64,000 nt of DNA from Camelus dromedarius (Eukaryota), in contig NC_087436.1 in assembly GCF_036321535.1 (NCBI RefSeq), forward strand, positions 88,972,001-89,036,000, read 5' to 3'. Shown here piece after piece: positions 26,320 through 39,720 of this stretch (position 1 is the stretch's first letter; each line of letters starts with the position of its first letter). The translations under genes were made by a program, and so were the position numbers. The notes below the pieces were generated by a model. It saw nothing but the letters and a program-made list of their open reading frames with translations. It searched no databases and was not told the origin of the DNA.

Positions 26320-26476
26320 CCCACTCAGTCACTGAAATTTTCATTATCTCTCTTCAACAAACCTCATCTTTCTTGAAGGGACCACACATCTAAATGAGTT
26401 ACCTCTGGCTGATGCTTTAGCTCAAAACTGAATGAAGCCAGCAAAAAGACAGGGAAAATGCTATAATTACATGCAT
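24632..26476 (-). pseudogene. Endogenous bornavirus-like glycoprotein gene (EBLG), near full length, with many stops and frameshifts
   Basis: Colinear motifs versus BoDV-1 G (recalled): signal-like MHVIIAFSLSFCWLHSVLS at 26476; SFRC~GLSC; FQCKT (26150-26164)~YHCKT; GEDPF (26020-26034)~PEDPF; FPLNKL..NCPYLSS (25397-25474)~YLVHKL..DCEILQS; HADV-x13-C~HPDI-x13-C; YYPQI..LDESEMVQIGASPRLSGL (25149-25247)~YYPPV..LNDEGRLQTNTPEARPGL; GQDPL..AELL..IRPTEG (24818-24900)~ETDPI..ADLL..ITSTDTG; then a degraded TM-like stretch and basic tail. Confidence 0.82.
26248..26317. repeat. (AC)35 microsatellite
   Basis: Perfect dinucleotide run of 70 bp. Confidence 0.98.
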
Positions 26477-26825
26477 GTATCTCTGTTACTGGGAAAAAAA
26501 TCTCACTATACTCATAGTGAGTTCCCAATGTGTCTCAGTTTATTCTTTAATAAGCTGAAAAAACATAAACACATATTAAAATGTCAATGGCAGCAAACAT
26601 TAACACCATATTTTGACACTGATAATCCTAGATGCTCCTAGAACAATGTGTTACTGAAACAACAGAATTGTATGCTTTTGAGATTTGATTCTTCAACTCT
26701 AATAAAACATTATCAATTCAATAAACCTAAGGTCTTAACAATATCTATAATTCATAAAGACATGTCAAGTTCTGTGCTACAGATAAATATATATTAACTT
26801 TAGTCCTTAGAACAAAGTACATATT

Positions 26826-26945
26826 ATTATCCCCACTTAAATACGAGGAAATTGAGGCTCAGAGTGAGAAACTCACCCAAGTGACACAGCTTGGTTAAGT
26901 GGCTGCCCAAGTCTAACCCAAATATCTCAGATGGAGTAACAGCCT
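26826..26945. mobile_element. MIR SINE fragment
   Basis: attatccccactt...gaggaaattgaggctcagag...cccaagtgacacagct is the MIR core. Confidence 0.8.
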
Positions 26946-27279
26946 CTGCAGTTATTAGAAGGCTCTGATACTGGGCAGACAAACTCTTGAGCAACAGGTT
27001 GGCAGGAAGCACACAGCATCCGGCAGCCTCCCAAAGCAAGTGAGGGTTGGGAGAAAGAAAAGGACAAGTGTAAGGAAAAAAGAACTTAAGTCATTGAGAA
27101 GGAAAAAATACCAAAGGTATGCTTCATTAGAAAGACTGAAGTTAACAAATAAATTCAAATATTTGTGTTAAGTTAAGTTTAACAAATTCATTAGATGCAT
27201 TCGATAGGAAGCTCTTTCCATACATTTGAAACATGATACACTACATAAAAGTAATAAAAATAAATGATTCATTTTCACC

Positions 27280-28510
27280 CTGATTTCAATAACCTCTGAT
27301 CCCACAGGGACCTATAAGCAACTGACCCACCACCATGTTCTCCCTGCCTCTGATTCCTGCCTGGTCTCACTTCCCTGCTTACACAGTCTGAATTTTGTGG
27401 TCAACACAGCTATCAGTTCCTTGTATATCCTCTCAACTTCTTAGCTCCTCTTTCACTTCTGTCTTTGCAAAACCCTGAACCTAGTTACATTCAGAGCCTT
27501 TATAGTAAATCTCCATATACCCTGTTCCAGTACCTACAAGTTGAAAGTGGTTGAGAGAAATACATAATGTCCCTGATTAAGATTACCTTAAATTCTTGAC
27601 CATGAACCACGAGTTGGCCATACACGCCAATCGCAACAGCATTTCTGTCTCTTCACTTTCCCACTTTGACAGACAACTGTTTCAGGCTCTCTTCTCAATT
27701 CTCCATACCTCCCTCTCAACTTCCTTCCTGCTGATGACTGTGTTTCTATTTTACTGAGAAAACCAAAGCCATCAGAAGAGAGCTTCTAGACTACCCCCAC
27801 GTAACCACCCTCCAGCACGGACCTGGGCAGCTCAACTCCATTTGGGCTCATCTCCAGATGGTGTCACATGCAAAACTGAGCTCCAGATATTTCTCCCCAA
27901 AACCTGATCACCCTACAGATTAGCCCTGTCAGTTAGTTGACTGCAAGTTGATCCTTCTAGATCCTCAGCCTGAAAGGCCTTGAGTTATCCTGGGTCCTGT
28001 CTTTTCCTCACGACCCACATACAGTCAGTCAGCAAACTCTGTTGGCTCTACCTTTAAAATACATCTGGATTCTCACCACTCAGCATCCCCTCCACCACTA
28101 TCACCTAGTCCAACACTATTACCTGTCGTGTTAACACAAGTTAAAACCTGACATTTCCACAATTTAAAAGTCTCTAAAGGCTCCCATCTTAATTATAATA
28201 ACAGCCACCAGTGCCATACGTATCTGCCTCCCAATGTCCTCTCCAACCTATTGCTTCTCCCCTTTTACTCTACCCTCTACACAGACTTGCCTCGCAATCT
28301 CTATTCTCCTTCCATTTTTCATAGAATTCTTAAGTCATTTTCTATCAATATATAACTGTTTTTGTATTTGAGCTACTGTTGTCTCCCCTTTCAGCAGAGT
28401 AGGAATTTCTTTTTTGTCCATGGATGTAACCTAGGCTTAGAGCACTAACAGACACAGAGTAGACTTCCACTATCAATTTGTGGAATGCACATACAGATGA
28501 ATGAATAACA
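27280..28510 (+). mobile_element. LINE-2 remnant with 3' end
   Basis: Pyrimidine-rich L2-like body ending tcaatttgtggaatg...gaatgaa. Confidence 0.65.
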
Positions 28511-31500
28511 CCTCCCTTACATGCAGTAAAGACCAGAATACCTTCAACCACCACATACACACCAATTCTAGATGTGATATAAACTTAGTTATTTCATATC
28601 TCATTACAGCTTTTATCATGCATCTTCAAGGTCTTATAGTTCATATTAAGATCTACAGCATGTAACCCCAAAATAGCCACTGACAAGACTGCAAAAGGAA
28701 GGAAATAAAACTTTTTAAAAAAATAGCCAAGGTACTTGAATTTCTTTGTTCTAAAACGCTCATGAAGGAAGTTCTATTTTTTTCAGAAGGCTTAAGGTTT
28801 ATCCCTCAAGTATCAAAACAATTTCATCGTGACAAGAAATCATTACGAATGCATTCTCAATTTTCCTGCATTTTATACAGCATTTTAAATAAATTCTCTG
28901 AGAATTCAGCACCACAGCTCAAAGCACCAATTACTGCGAAGTGCTCTCATATAGTGATGCCCTCAGGGTCTTCAGACGTATATCCATAGGTTTTCATCCA
29001 GCAGTTGAAGACCTCCTTGTTTTGAATGCTCACATCTGATTTCACAGGTTTGTATCTCTCTTAGCTGCCCAAATATCTGCCTTTATCAAAATTTAATTTT
29101 CAATAAAAAAAGATTTAACTCCTACTTCCAAATACCTTAGAATAAACAAATACGTTGAATTAACAACCTCAATGGTCTTCAGGGAGCAGAATACAGAAAC
29201 TTAAGACTTACTTAGTGAAACTGATTTTCACTGTTCAGAGATCTCTTTTCCTCCTATCTGTTTAAGAAATAGGTACTAAAAGGCTACCATATGTAAGCCA
29301 AATACTGTTCCAGGCACTGCAACCAAAATGATGAAAAGTCCTATGAAAACTCCATGGTTCTTGTTCTCAAGGAGCACACAGTTCAGGAGAGGGATCAGGC
29401 ATGAAGTTCATGAGATTCCCTCATTATCTGAAATACTGCAGAGATTAATCCTCATGAGAAAAACTGTGACATGTTTATGGCCAGGTCTCAGAGCAGAAAA
29501 TACTAAGAGCATTAAAAAACTCACCAACAGATAAACAAGTCAGTTCTGAAATGGAGCTAGACCCCAGGTAAGTGCTCTTTTTGAAATCTAGCATGAGTGT
29601 CTTTTTAAACTAACAGAAGAACACAAATTTCCTAGTGTGGTATGTTTACTCACTTGTATGAAAGAAAGCAAACTTTAGCTCTTAGTTCTGTTAATTTCTA
29701 AACTATGTCATTTACAAATGTGTCATAAATTATTTAACTCAATTTGAACACAAGATTTTATGCCTGTTAAAATTGTATATGATAGTATGCTCAGACCTTA
29801 AAAGAACTAAGATTTATTCAGATTTGTTATCTATCTGAAAATTTTCACAGCTAATGTATAGGATCTGCTCTTTTGTTTCAGTTTCACCCTAAGGAGTCCT
29901 ATTATCACTCACAATGGCCTACTTTTTACATTAATACTGTATAAAAGCAGTATTAGAAATTATTCATTTGGGGTTTTAAATATTTGCAACAGAGCAAACT
30001 TGGGAAAAGAGCACGAACAAACACAGAAAATGACACACTGCAAATAAGTAGAAAAAATATATATTTTCAACTTCACTAGTAACCTAAGAATAGCAATTAA
30101 AGAAGAGCTAGGTTTTTTTTGTTGTTGTTTTTGTTTGCTTTTTTTTTTTTTTTTTTTCGCCTTGAATGCAGCAGAGTTTCTTTATTCATAGCATTCAACA
30201 AAGGCAAGCTTTCTCATAGTGCTGGGGAGAGTCTGGCCTGCTTTTAATTTTCTGGAGCCAACAGGTAATATACCTTAAAGAAGTTCAGTTGAAAGATGAT
30301 CAGTTCAGCACTGGAAGGAGCACTAACCCAAATTGCTCAGAAAAAGGGAAACTTTTAAATTGTGGTATATCTAAATGGAAATATAATACAGCTAGTGAAT
30401 AGGATGTTTAAATAAATTTTATAAGCAAGAAAATCCTTAAAGTTTATATGATTTTAAACCATGATTTAGACCTGTGTATATGTATCATTTCAACTATATG
30501 TAATTCTAACATTTTAAAAACATTTAAAAAATTTTTAACACTGGTTACTTTGAAGTAGTATATTAGTAGATGATTTTAAAGTATCATTTGTAACTGCCCT
30601 TACTTTTCACCATGAACTTATATACTTACTTTATAATTAGAAGACAGACCTTTATTTCAATCAAGAACTATTCCAAAACTCAAACCACACAAAATCCATC
30701 CAACTTCATGAAGCCTATGCTTATAGTGGAGAAAAGCATATACAGAAGCTAATGTATAGCTTCTACATTTAAGATGCAGGGAAAAGATGCAATCGTTTAA
30801 GTTTTTGCTTTTTAAGAACAGCCTTATAGAATGCAAAATAAGCAATGATGCCTCAAAGCTGAAAAAGAATATTCGCATCCAAGCCCACAAGCAGCATGTG
30901 TATGAAATAAGAAAAATACTCAATATTATATCAGAGAAAACAAGAAAGACATAATTGAGTATATAAACTTCATCATAAATATCATGCAATATATATGTGT
31001 CGCTGCCAAGAAATCCTGAATGTAATTTAAAATGTTGCAAAACCAAGTAAAGCATTCAGGTCTCTTTTGGACAAAAGTCAATTAATAAAAATACCTCATA
31101 GATACGGCTGGTTAAATTTTAAGAGACAGCTTACTTAAATGGATGGATGGTTTTAGGAGATTGTCTTCTTTATGAAAATTAGGTTTGAAACAGAATTTAA
31201 ATGTTATTCTGCAACAGAAAGTTCAGATAATTGTTACAGTTAAGTAGAGCATATACATATCTAGATATCAAAGTAATCTCAAAAATAAGTGTTATGCTTT
31301 ACAAATATCACCTTCATTGCTCTTTATATTAGAAATTAAAGTCAGTGGGGAAGAAAACACTTGCAGATCAGAAGATTCTCAATTCCTACTTAAGAACCTA
31401 TTTCAAGATTCTTCTGTTGATTCCTAGCATCTTCGCAACGTGACCAACCTACAATATTCTGAAATGACTGTGTTCAACATCACACAGGCCAGGAAGGATC

Positions 31501-31854
31501 AAGAAAGCCGACAAACAAAATTTCCAGCGATTAATGAGAGGCTTACTCGGCCCTGATTAAATCCAAAGTACATTAAAAGAATATAGCTTATGTTGTAAAC
31601 AGATGCACTATGGAAACACTTCTATACTGGAACTCTAACTTTATATGGAATTAGTTGATAACAATTTTAATGCTCACAGTAGGAAATGGTATTGTTTCCC
31701 ACCTCTACACTCAGGGAAAATGATTCCCTAGGCACAAATTCTCTACTAAGAGTCATGAGGATTCATATTTGCTTCCTTTAATCATCTTCCAAAAATACAC
31801 CCAAGATCAAAAGATAGGAAAAAAACACCCCCTTCTTTTTCCCTTATGAAACAC

Positions 31855-34800
31855 ATACAAAAATCAGTTATAGGAAAAAAATTAGACAAAAAAACAAACA
31901 TGTGGAAATTAAACAACATGCTACTATAAAAAGCCAATGGGTCAATGAAGAAATCAAAGAGGAAATTTTAAAAATCATGGATAAATAAAAGCAGAAAAAC
32001 AACTCCAAAATCCATGGACACAGCAAAAGCAGTTCTACGAGATGAGTTCACAGCAATAAAGACCTACCTCAAGAAACAAGAAAAATCTTAAGTAAACAAT
32101 CTAACTTTATACACCTAAAAGAAAGAAGAATAAGCTAAATCCAAAGTTAGTAGGAAGAGGAAATAATAAAGAGCAAAGTGGAAAGAAATGAAATAGAGAC
32201 TAAAAAACCACACAAAAGTTAATGAAACTAAGAGCTGGTTTTTTGAAAAGATAAAATGGATAAACTTTCAGCCAGACTCATCAAAAAAAATAAATAAAGC
32301 AGAGGCCCAAATAAATAAAATTAAAAATGAATGAGAAGTTACAACTGATATCACAGAAACACAACCAACCATAAAAGTGTGAACAATTAGACATCAACAA
32401 ATTGAATAACCTAGAAGAAATGGATAAATTCCTAGAAATACACAGCCTTCCAAGATTGAATCAGGTAGAAATAGAAAATCTGAACAGACCAATTACTGGT
32501 AATAAAATTAACCCAGTGATCAAAAAAAAAAAAAGAAAAAACTCCCAATAAACAAAAGTGCAGGATAAGATGGCTTCACTGGGGAGTTCTACCACATATT
32601 TTAAAAAGTTAATTCCTACCATCTCAAACAATTCCAAAAACTGAAGAGGAGGGAATATTTCCAAATTTATTCTGTGAAGCCAGTATTAATCTCATACCAA
32701 AACCAGAAAAAAGCACTCGAAAAAAGATAATTATAAGCCAATATCCCTGGTGAACATAGATGCAAAAATCCTCAACAAATATTAGCAAACTGAATCCAAT
32801 AATACATTGACAGGCTGATACATCATAATTAAGTGAGATTTACCCCAGGATGCAAGGATGGTTCAATATTTACAAATCAATGTGATATACCACATTAACA
32901 AAATGAAAGACAAAAATCACATGATCATTTCAATAGATGCAGGAGAAGCATTTGACAAAATTCAAAATTTAACATCTATTCAAGATAAAAACTCTCAACA
33001 AAGTGAGTATATAGGGAACATCCCTCAGCATAATAGAAGCCATTTATGACAAACTCACAGCTAACATCATACTCAACAGTAAAAAGCTGTGAGCTTTTAC
33101 TCTACAGTAAGGCACAAGTATGCCTACTCTTCCACTTTTATTCAACATAGTACTAGAAGTCTTAGGTTCAGAAATCAGAAAAAAAGAAGTAAAAGATACC
33201 CAAATTAGAAAAAAAGAAGTACAATTGTCACTAATTGCAGATGACATGATAGTATATACAGAAAACTCTAATAACTCCACCAAAAAAAAACCTATTAGAA
33301 TAAATGAATTCAGTAAAGTTACAGGATACAAAATTAATGTACAGAAATCCATTGCATTTCTATATAGTAATAATGAACTATCAATCACATTTACAATCAC
33401 ACCAAAAAGAATAAAATACCTAGAAATAAATTTAACCAAGGAGGTGAAAGTTTCAGTACTCTGAAAACCATAAGACTTTGACAAAAGAAACTGAAGTTGA
33501 CACAAATAAATGGAAAGATATACTGTGCTCACATATCAGAAGAATCAATATTGTTAAAATGCCCATACTACCCAAAGCAATCTACATATTCAGTGCAATC
33601 TCTATCAATATATCCACGGCATTTTTCACAGAACTAAAACAATCTTAAAATTCACTGAAGTCACAAAAAGACCCTGACTAGCCAAAGCAATTTTGAAAAA
33701 GAAGAACAAAGCTAGAGATATGCTTCCTGACATCAAACTATACTACAAGATATAGTAATCAAAACAGTATGGTACTGGTACAGAAACAGACAAATGACCA
33801 ATGGAACAGAATAGAGGTCCTAGAAATAAATCCATATATACATGCTCAACTAATCTATGACAAAAGAGTATGAATGCACAATGGGGAAAAAGATTCTTCA
33901 ATAAGTTTTAGGAAAACTGGACAGCTACATGCGAAAGAATGAAAATAGACCATTTTTTTCACATCATATACAAAACAAATCTTGAAGAATGAATGAAAGA
34001 CTTAAATGTAAGACCTAAAACCAAAAATTCCTAGAACAAAACGTAGGCAGTACACTCTTTGACATCAGTCTTAGCGATACTTTTTTTGGATCTGTCTCCT
34101 CAGATAAGGGCAACAAAAAGCAAAAATAAAAAATGGGACCACATCAAATGAAAATGCTATTGCACAGTGAAGGAAATCATGAGCAAAACGAAAAGGCAAC
34201 CTACTGACTGGGAGTAGATATACGCAAATGTTATGTCCGATAAGGGGTTAATATCCAAATATATAAAGAACTCATACTAACTCAATAGCAAAAAAAACAA
34301 AAAACAAAAAACCCAATCTGATCAAAAAATGGGCAGAGAACTTGAATAGGCATTTTTCAAAGAAAACATACAGATGGCACATGAAAAATGCTGAACATCA
34401 CTAATCAGAGAAATGCAAATCAAAACCACAGTGAGATGTTACCTCACACCTGTCAGAATGGCTATCATCAAAAAGGAGTAACAATTTGGTGAGGATGTAC
34501 AGAAAAGGGAACACTTGTGCACTGCTGACTGGAAGGTAAACTGGCACTGCCACTATGGAAAGCAGTATGGAGTTTTCTCAAAAATTAAAAACAGAACTAC
34601 CATATGATTCAGCAATTCCACTTCCAGGTATTTATCCAAAAAAGAAAAAGTAAAACACTAATTTGAAAAGATATATGGACCCTGATGTTCACTGAAACAT
34701 TATTTACAATAGCCAAGATTAGAAGCAACCTAAGTGTTCCTCAATAGATGAATGGATAAAAAAGATGTGGTATAGATATACAATGGAATATTACTCAGTC

Positions 34801-35194
34801 ATTAAAAAAATCTGGCCATTTGTGACAAGGATGGGCCTAAACTGTATTATGCTTAGTAAAATAAGTCAAAGACAAATACTCTATGTTTTCACTATATGCA
34901 GAATCTAATAAACCAACAAACAAATATGACAAAGCAGAAACAGACTCACAGAGAACTAGTGGTTGCCAGAGGGGATGGGGGAATGGATGAAACAGGTGAA
35001 GGGGATTAAGAGGTGCAAACTACCAGTTACAAAATAAGTCACAGGGATATAATATACATCACAGGGAATATAGTCAATAATATTGTAATAACTTTGTATG
35101 GTGCATAATGTATAACAATATTGAATCACTATGTTGTACACCTGAAACTAACATGAGTAAATCAACTATACTTCAATAAAATGTATTTAAAAAA
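31855..35194 (+). mobile_element. 5'-truncated LINE-1 (degenerate ORF2 plus 3'UTR), antisense to ATP10D
   Basis: ORF fragments [18 protein letters not shown] and [20 protein letters not shown] (L1 RT motifs); L1 3'UTR and AATAAA/A-rich end near 35175-35194; many stops and frameshifts. Confidence 0.95.
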
Positions 35195-37344
35195 TGATTT
35201 AGGCATTTTTCTAACCTGGCAAGGTAGAAATGTAAATTTTTGGCTGAAGGACATCACTGATAGGTAGAGAGAATCTTTGTAATAATGAAAACATCTGAGA
35301 ATATTTGCCTATGAAAGACTAGTGAAGAAGAAAGGATAATTAAGATTTTAAACTAGAACCTTCTATGTATTATATATTATTATAATAAGGGAAATGAGAA
35401 TGTTTAAACATAGGGCTAAATAACTATAAGTACTATAAATTGAAGAAAAAGACTTCACAACTGTTTTGGATATTTTAAAACTGATTTTCACCTTCCTTCT
35501 CATAATCAAGATACTAAGATTTTAAAATTATTTACCCTACATAAAGTGTTGGAATTTTTTAAGATTGTTTTCCTAACAGAAGTGTAGTTGTATTCATATT
35601 CTTCATTCTGGATGGCCTTAAATGGAATAAGAAGATTTTAGCAAAATAAATTAAGGAGTATCTAATTAAGAGTTATCAGCAGGAGACCCTTGCAGATGTC
35701 ATCAACAGGAAATGGAAAGGAATAAAGTTCAAATCAGACCAACAGGGTTTGTTATTTCAGAAAATAGCTGGGGGCAGAAGAGTGAATGTGAGAATGTGAC
35801 TAGAGTAAGTTTTATCTTTTGATTTCCCTTATAATCCAAATGTTCTCACCAGCAAATATAATTCAGAAACAATGACACATGACATGGAATTACACACAGT
35901 GAGCCTGGAGGCTGTGTAAAAGGGAAGATAATACTGTCTACGTGCTCTTCTTTCTAGGACAAATTGCCTTATTAAGATATGACTTTTTCCCCTGATAACT
36001 AAAATATATTCACTGTAGAAATTTTAGAAACTTCAGATTAACACCATGAGAAAAACAGAAATTCTCTATAATCCCATCAGCCAAATGTAAGTACTATTAA
36101 CATTTGGCTTATTCTCTGTGAATAAAGTAGTTTCTATGCATAGATCAGATTTTTTTCAAATGTATGATATCATTTTGTAACTTACTTTTTTTTCATTTTT
36201 TAATTTTTTTTCCATATCATTAGTCTTCCCAACCACCTCACACATTTTGATTTGCTTTCCATGTTTGTTACAGTGATGTGTAAAAATATAGTAACTTACT
36301 GCTATGCTAAGTATTCTCTGATTATTAGGTTAACGTACCTCTCCCCTAAACCTTAGAAAAGTCATTTTTTTCTTTGTGAATTGCCCATTTATGTCTATTT
36401 TTCATTGGAGATCATTTTTTATAGGAGTGTTAATCTCTCACTGCTTTTTATAATATCATTAGAAAAGGGTATACTAGCATATAAAGTTTAGAGCTTAGAG
36501 TTTGTCTTTTAATTTTAGTTATGGTATTTCTTGGTGATATTTTTCAAAATAACATTTTTGTGATTATAAAAATAATAGTTGCTGTAGAAGATTTGGAAAT
36601 ATCAGGGAAAATATTAAAAAAACAAAAAGCTGTAACTACAACCTTACAATCTAATTTTTTTTGTACACGCTACATCAGTGGATATATCCACTGATACAAA
36701 CAGGAACTTGTATACAAGTGGGAACTGAAACAGTCTTGTTAAATGTTAATTTAGAACAATTCCTGATAAATAGTAAGAACTTAATATTTATTGAGTGATA
36801 TATGTATTCACTTCAAAATTGTATTTCATACTTTCAAAATAATATATTAAATCTTGCTTTTTTCACTCAATACATTGCAAGGACTTTCTAAACAAGGACA
36901 TTTTTCAAAAATATTTTAGAAACTGAATTTTATCAATATAGATATATAATACATTACTATGCTTAAATATTTTGCTATTGGGGGCTTTAGTTTATTTCTA
37001 ATGTTTTTCCATATTGCAGACAACCTTGTAAAGAGCATATTTATAAATCTTCATGTGGAATCTGGATGATTTCCTTAGGCTATATTTCTAGACCTAAGAT
37101 TACTGAGTCAAAGTCTACAAACATTTACAGGTTTTAATACACATTCCCATAGTACTACCTCCAATAATTGTATGAATATACCCTTTAGTGAGCAGCATAA
37201 AAAAAGATTCCATTAGAGCCACACTCTTATGAAACTAGTACCATTATTACTTCTTACTGTAAGTGGTACTGGTTTTGTGAAAAGTACCATTTCTATGACT
37301 AAGATGATTTCTGAACTGAAATAAATCCAGCCACGATAGTAATG

Positions 37345-37935
37345 TCTATCTAAATAAAGAGGTAAATTGAGGCAAGTTCAAAGAGATGAGGTTATTGGGG
37401 AATAGCAGAGGAACTGCAATTCAGGACACACAAACTATAGCGAGCTACAGATGAGGCCACTGAGGGTTGGGAATAGGCTGTATTTATGGGCAGGACATGT
37501 AAAGAGGGGAGAGTTCACGGAGAGTCTGTTAAAGTAAAAATAAACGGAGACCTGCTTTGAAAATTCCCTGAGCAGACGAAACCATTATAGCCATACAAAC
37601 AAAACTCAATTCACTCCATTTTTTGAGACCAATTCGACCTGGGTCATTTCTTCATTTCTTGTTCATTCCTCTGAAAACCACAAGCAAAACCTTTCCAAGA
37701 CTGATACGAGGCAACCTCTGATCAACTCCCTATTATGTAAGAAAATTCCAATTTATCAGTCTTCTGTCAATTTAGCATTTACGGGAAATCAGTCTTTCGG
37801 TCTCTACATTTTGCTTTTCTGAAAGAACGTGCCTTAGAGACTTTGCATTCTATCCCTCTGGTTCCCTTTTACATTGAAATTCTTTCACAATAGGAAGGGA
37901 ATAATGTCTTAAGAACAAACCTCTTCTATTTGATA
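37345..37935. mobile_element. ERV1-type LTR remnants, apparently nested (MER34/39-like piece at ~37528-37745)
   Basis: tgttaaagtaaaaataaacggagacc...aattccctgagcagac resembles a MER39/34 LTR start; flanks look like an antisense LTR. Family names uncertain. Confidence 0.5.
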
Positions 37936-39720
37936 AGGAAGGCTGCTCAGCTGCTGTAAGTACTGTGTAGGAGAGAGGAGAGCATCCAGCACATGTGTAA
38001 TTGTTTTAAAGGTGATAAACTGAGTCTCCTTTTTTCAAGCACTGACAAGCTATTAAATGTATCTTCACTAATGCTATGGGTTTTGAAAATCCCCAAGCGA
38101 TCTTGTTTGTAGCATTTTCTTTGATTTTCCTTCATTAAAAAGACTTTCAACTAGATCAGACAGTAAGACCTGTAATGAAGGCTTGAATGTGTGGACATTT
38201 TTTACCTCTTAATTTTAAAAATTAATTCTAAGAAGTCCATTTATCTAACAGATGAGTCACCTCTGTTCTATTATAAATTATAATCAAATTCTGAGCATTT
38301 CCTTCATTTTACTGGCACCAAAGTAAACGACATCCTATTCCAATCTATTTAGTCACTAAGTAACTATATTGAATAAGTATTCAGTTCTTGCTATGCAAAG
38401 GTCAAACATTCCTGACATCCTGTTTTAGACCGCTTAGATTCTCCATCTTTTTCATATAATTTAACAAATGTTAAGTTAGCAGTTACAATGTTATTTTTTA
38501 AAACTCTCTAAAACTTTTTTGAATGTTGGATTTTTTTTTTAAAAAACATATACAGTATGATCCCCTTGTAATAAAAACAAACTATCTCAGTGTAAATAAC
38601 ATGTATTTGTAATGGGGAATAGAAGAGTCCAGAAGGAGCAGACACTCCTTTCTGAGGTAAATTGGAGTGGAGGCTTACACCTGGGCACTGAATGAGTTTA
38701 CCCTGTTACAATAAGCATGTGCTATATATTGGCTCTAAACAAGCCATCAAATTTTTTTTAATGATGGTATTCTTCACAGAAATGTGACCTTGCCTAATTT
38801 AAAAACAATGCTCTCCCCTGGAGTTACGTTTCTGACACACGAACTTTGATGGATAAGGCGTCCCCAACCCCACCCTTTGCGGATTCATCTTTCAAGGTTG
38901 ATTAGAGTCGGAGGCTTGCTCTCAAACTATGGAATTGTTTTTCTCCTTGGAAAGAACTCACGTGAAAGGAAGCAAGAAGAAACGCTGGTGTTAATTAGAT
39001 AACATTCTAAACACCTGAGTTAACATGCCCTCATGGTTAAGAACAGTTAAAATACATCATTTCTGAAGGACAGGGAGCTCGACCCTCGACTGGAGTTTCA
39101 CTAACCAACAGATGTGTCTCTGCTATATATAGCAAAGTAGAACATTATGTTTATAATGTAAGTTGAAGGGCGCCCTAAACAACAATTAAGTTCTGCAAAG
39201 TTAATGTTTGCGAGGAAGCACGCGGGCTTTTTATTTTTTTTATTTTTTTGGTAGCGCTCCGGTGAAAGATATTTCTGAGCAAGCTCCAACAAAAATACCT
39301 TTTTCTTCCTAAGGAATTAACCCGTGGTTTATTTACTGGGTTAACATTTTTAACCCTCAGCCTCTTTAATACCTTTGAGACAGGCCAAAATGGCTTTAAA
39401 CTGTTCGATTTCACTATGAGATCATATAGGGTTGTGCGTGCATAAATATATCTTTTCACAAACCCCAGCACTCAGAATAGATAAAATAATTCCTCTCCTG
39501 GAGTCAAGTTACTGAAATGGTGTAAGTTTCTCTCTCTCTCTCTTTTTAAGTTCAACAAAAGCCCTAAACTCTAGTTTTGAGGCACCTCATCCAATCTGAA
39601 CACAATTATTGGGGGAGGGAAAGGAGACAGAATGAAGAAACAGAGAAAGAGGAAAAGAGGGGTGAGTAGTGAAATGGAAGGCAGGGAAACCGTCAAAGGG
39701 GTTCGCTGGTTCACCCTTAC

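Noticed and set aside
26477..26825. Bornavirus P/N remnant or a TSD upstream of the EBLG
   Set aside because: On partial inspection I found no convincing viral motif and no direct repeat matching the 3' flank.
32858..33532. ORFs with reverse-transcriptase motifs as a functional gene
   Set aside because: They are fragments of a 5'-truncated, frameshifted L1 ORF2.
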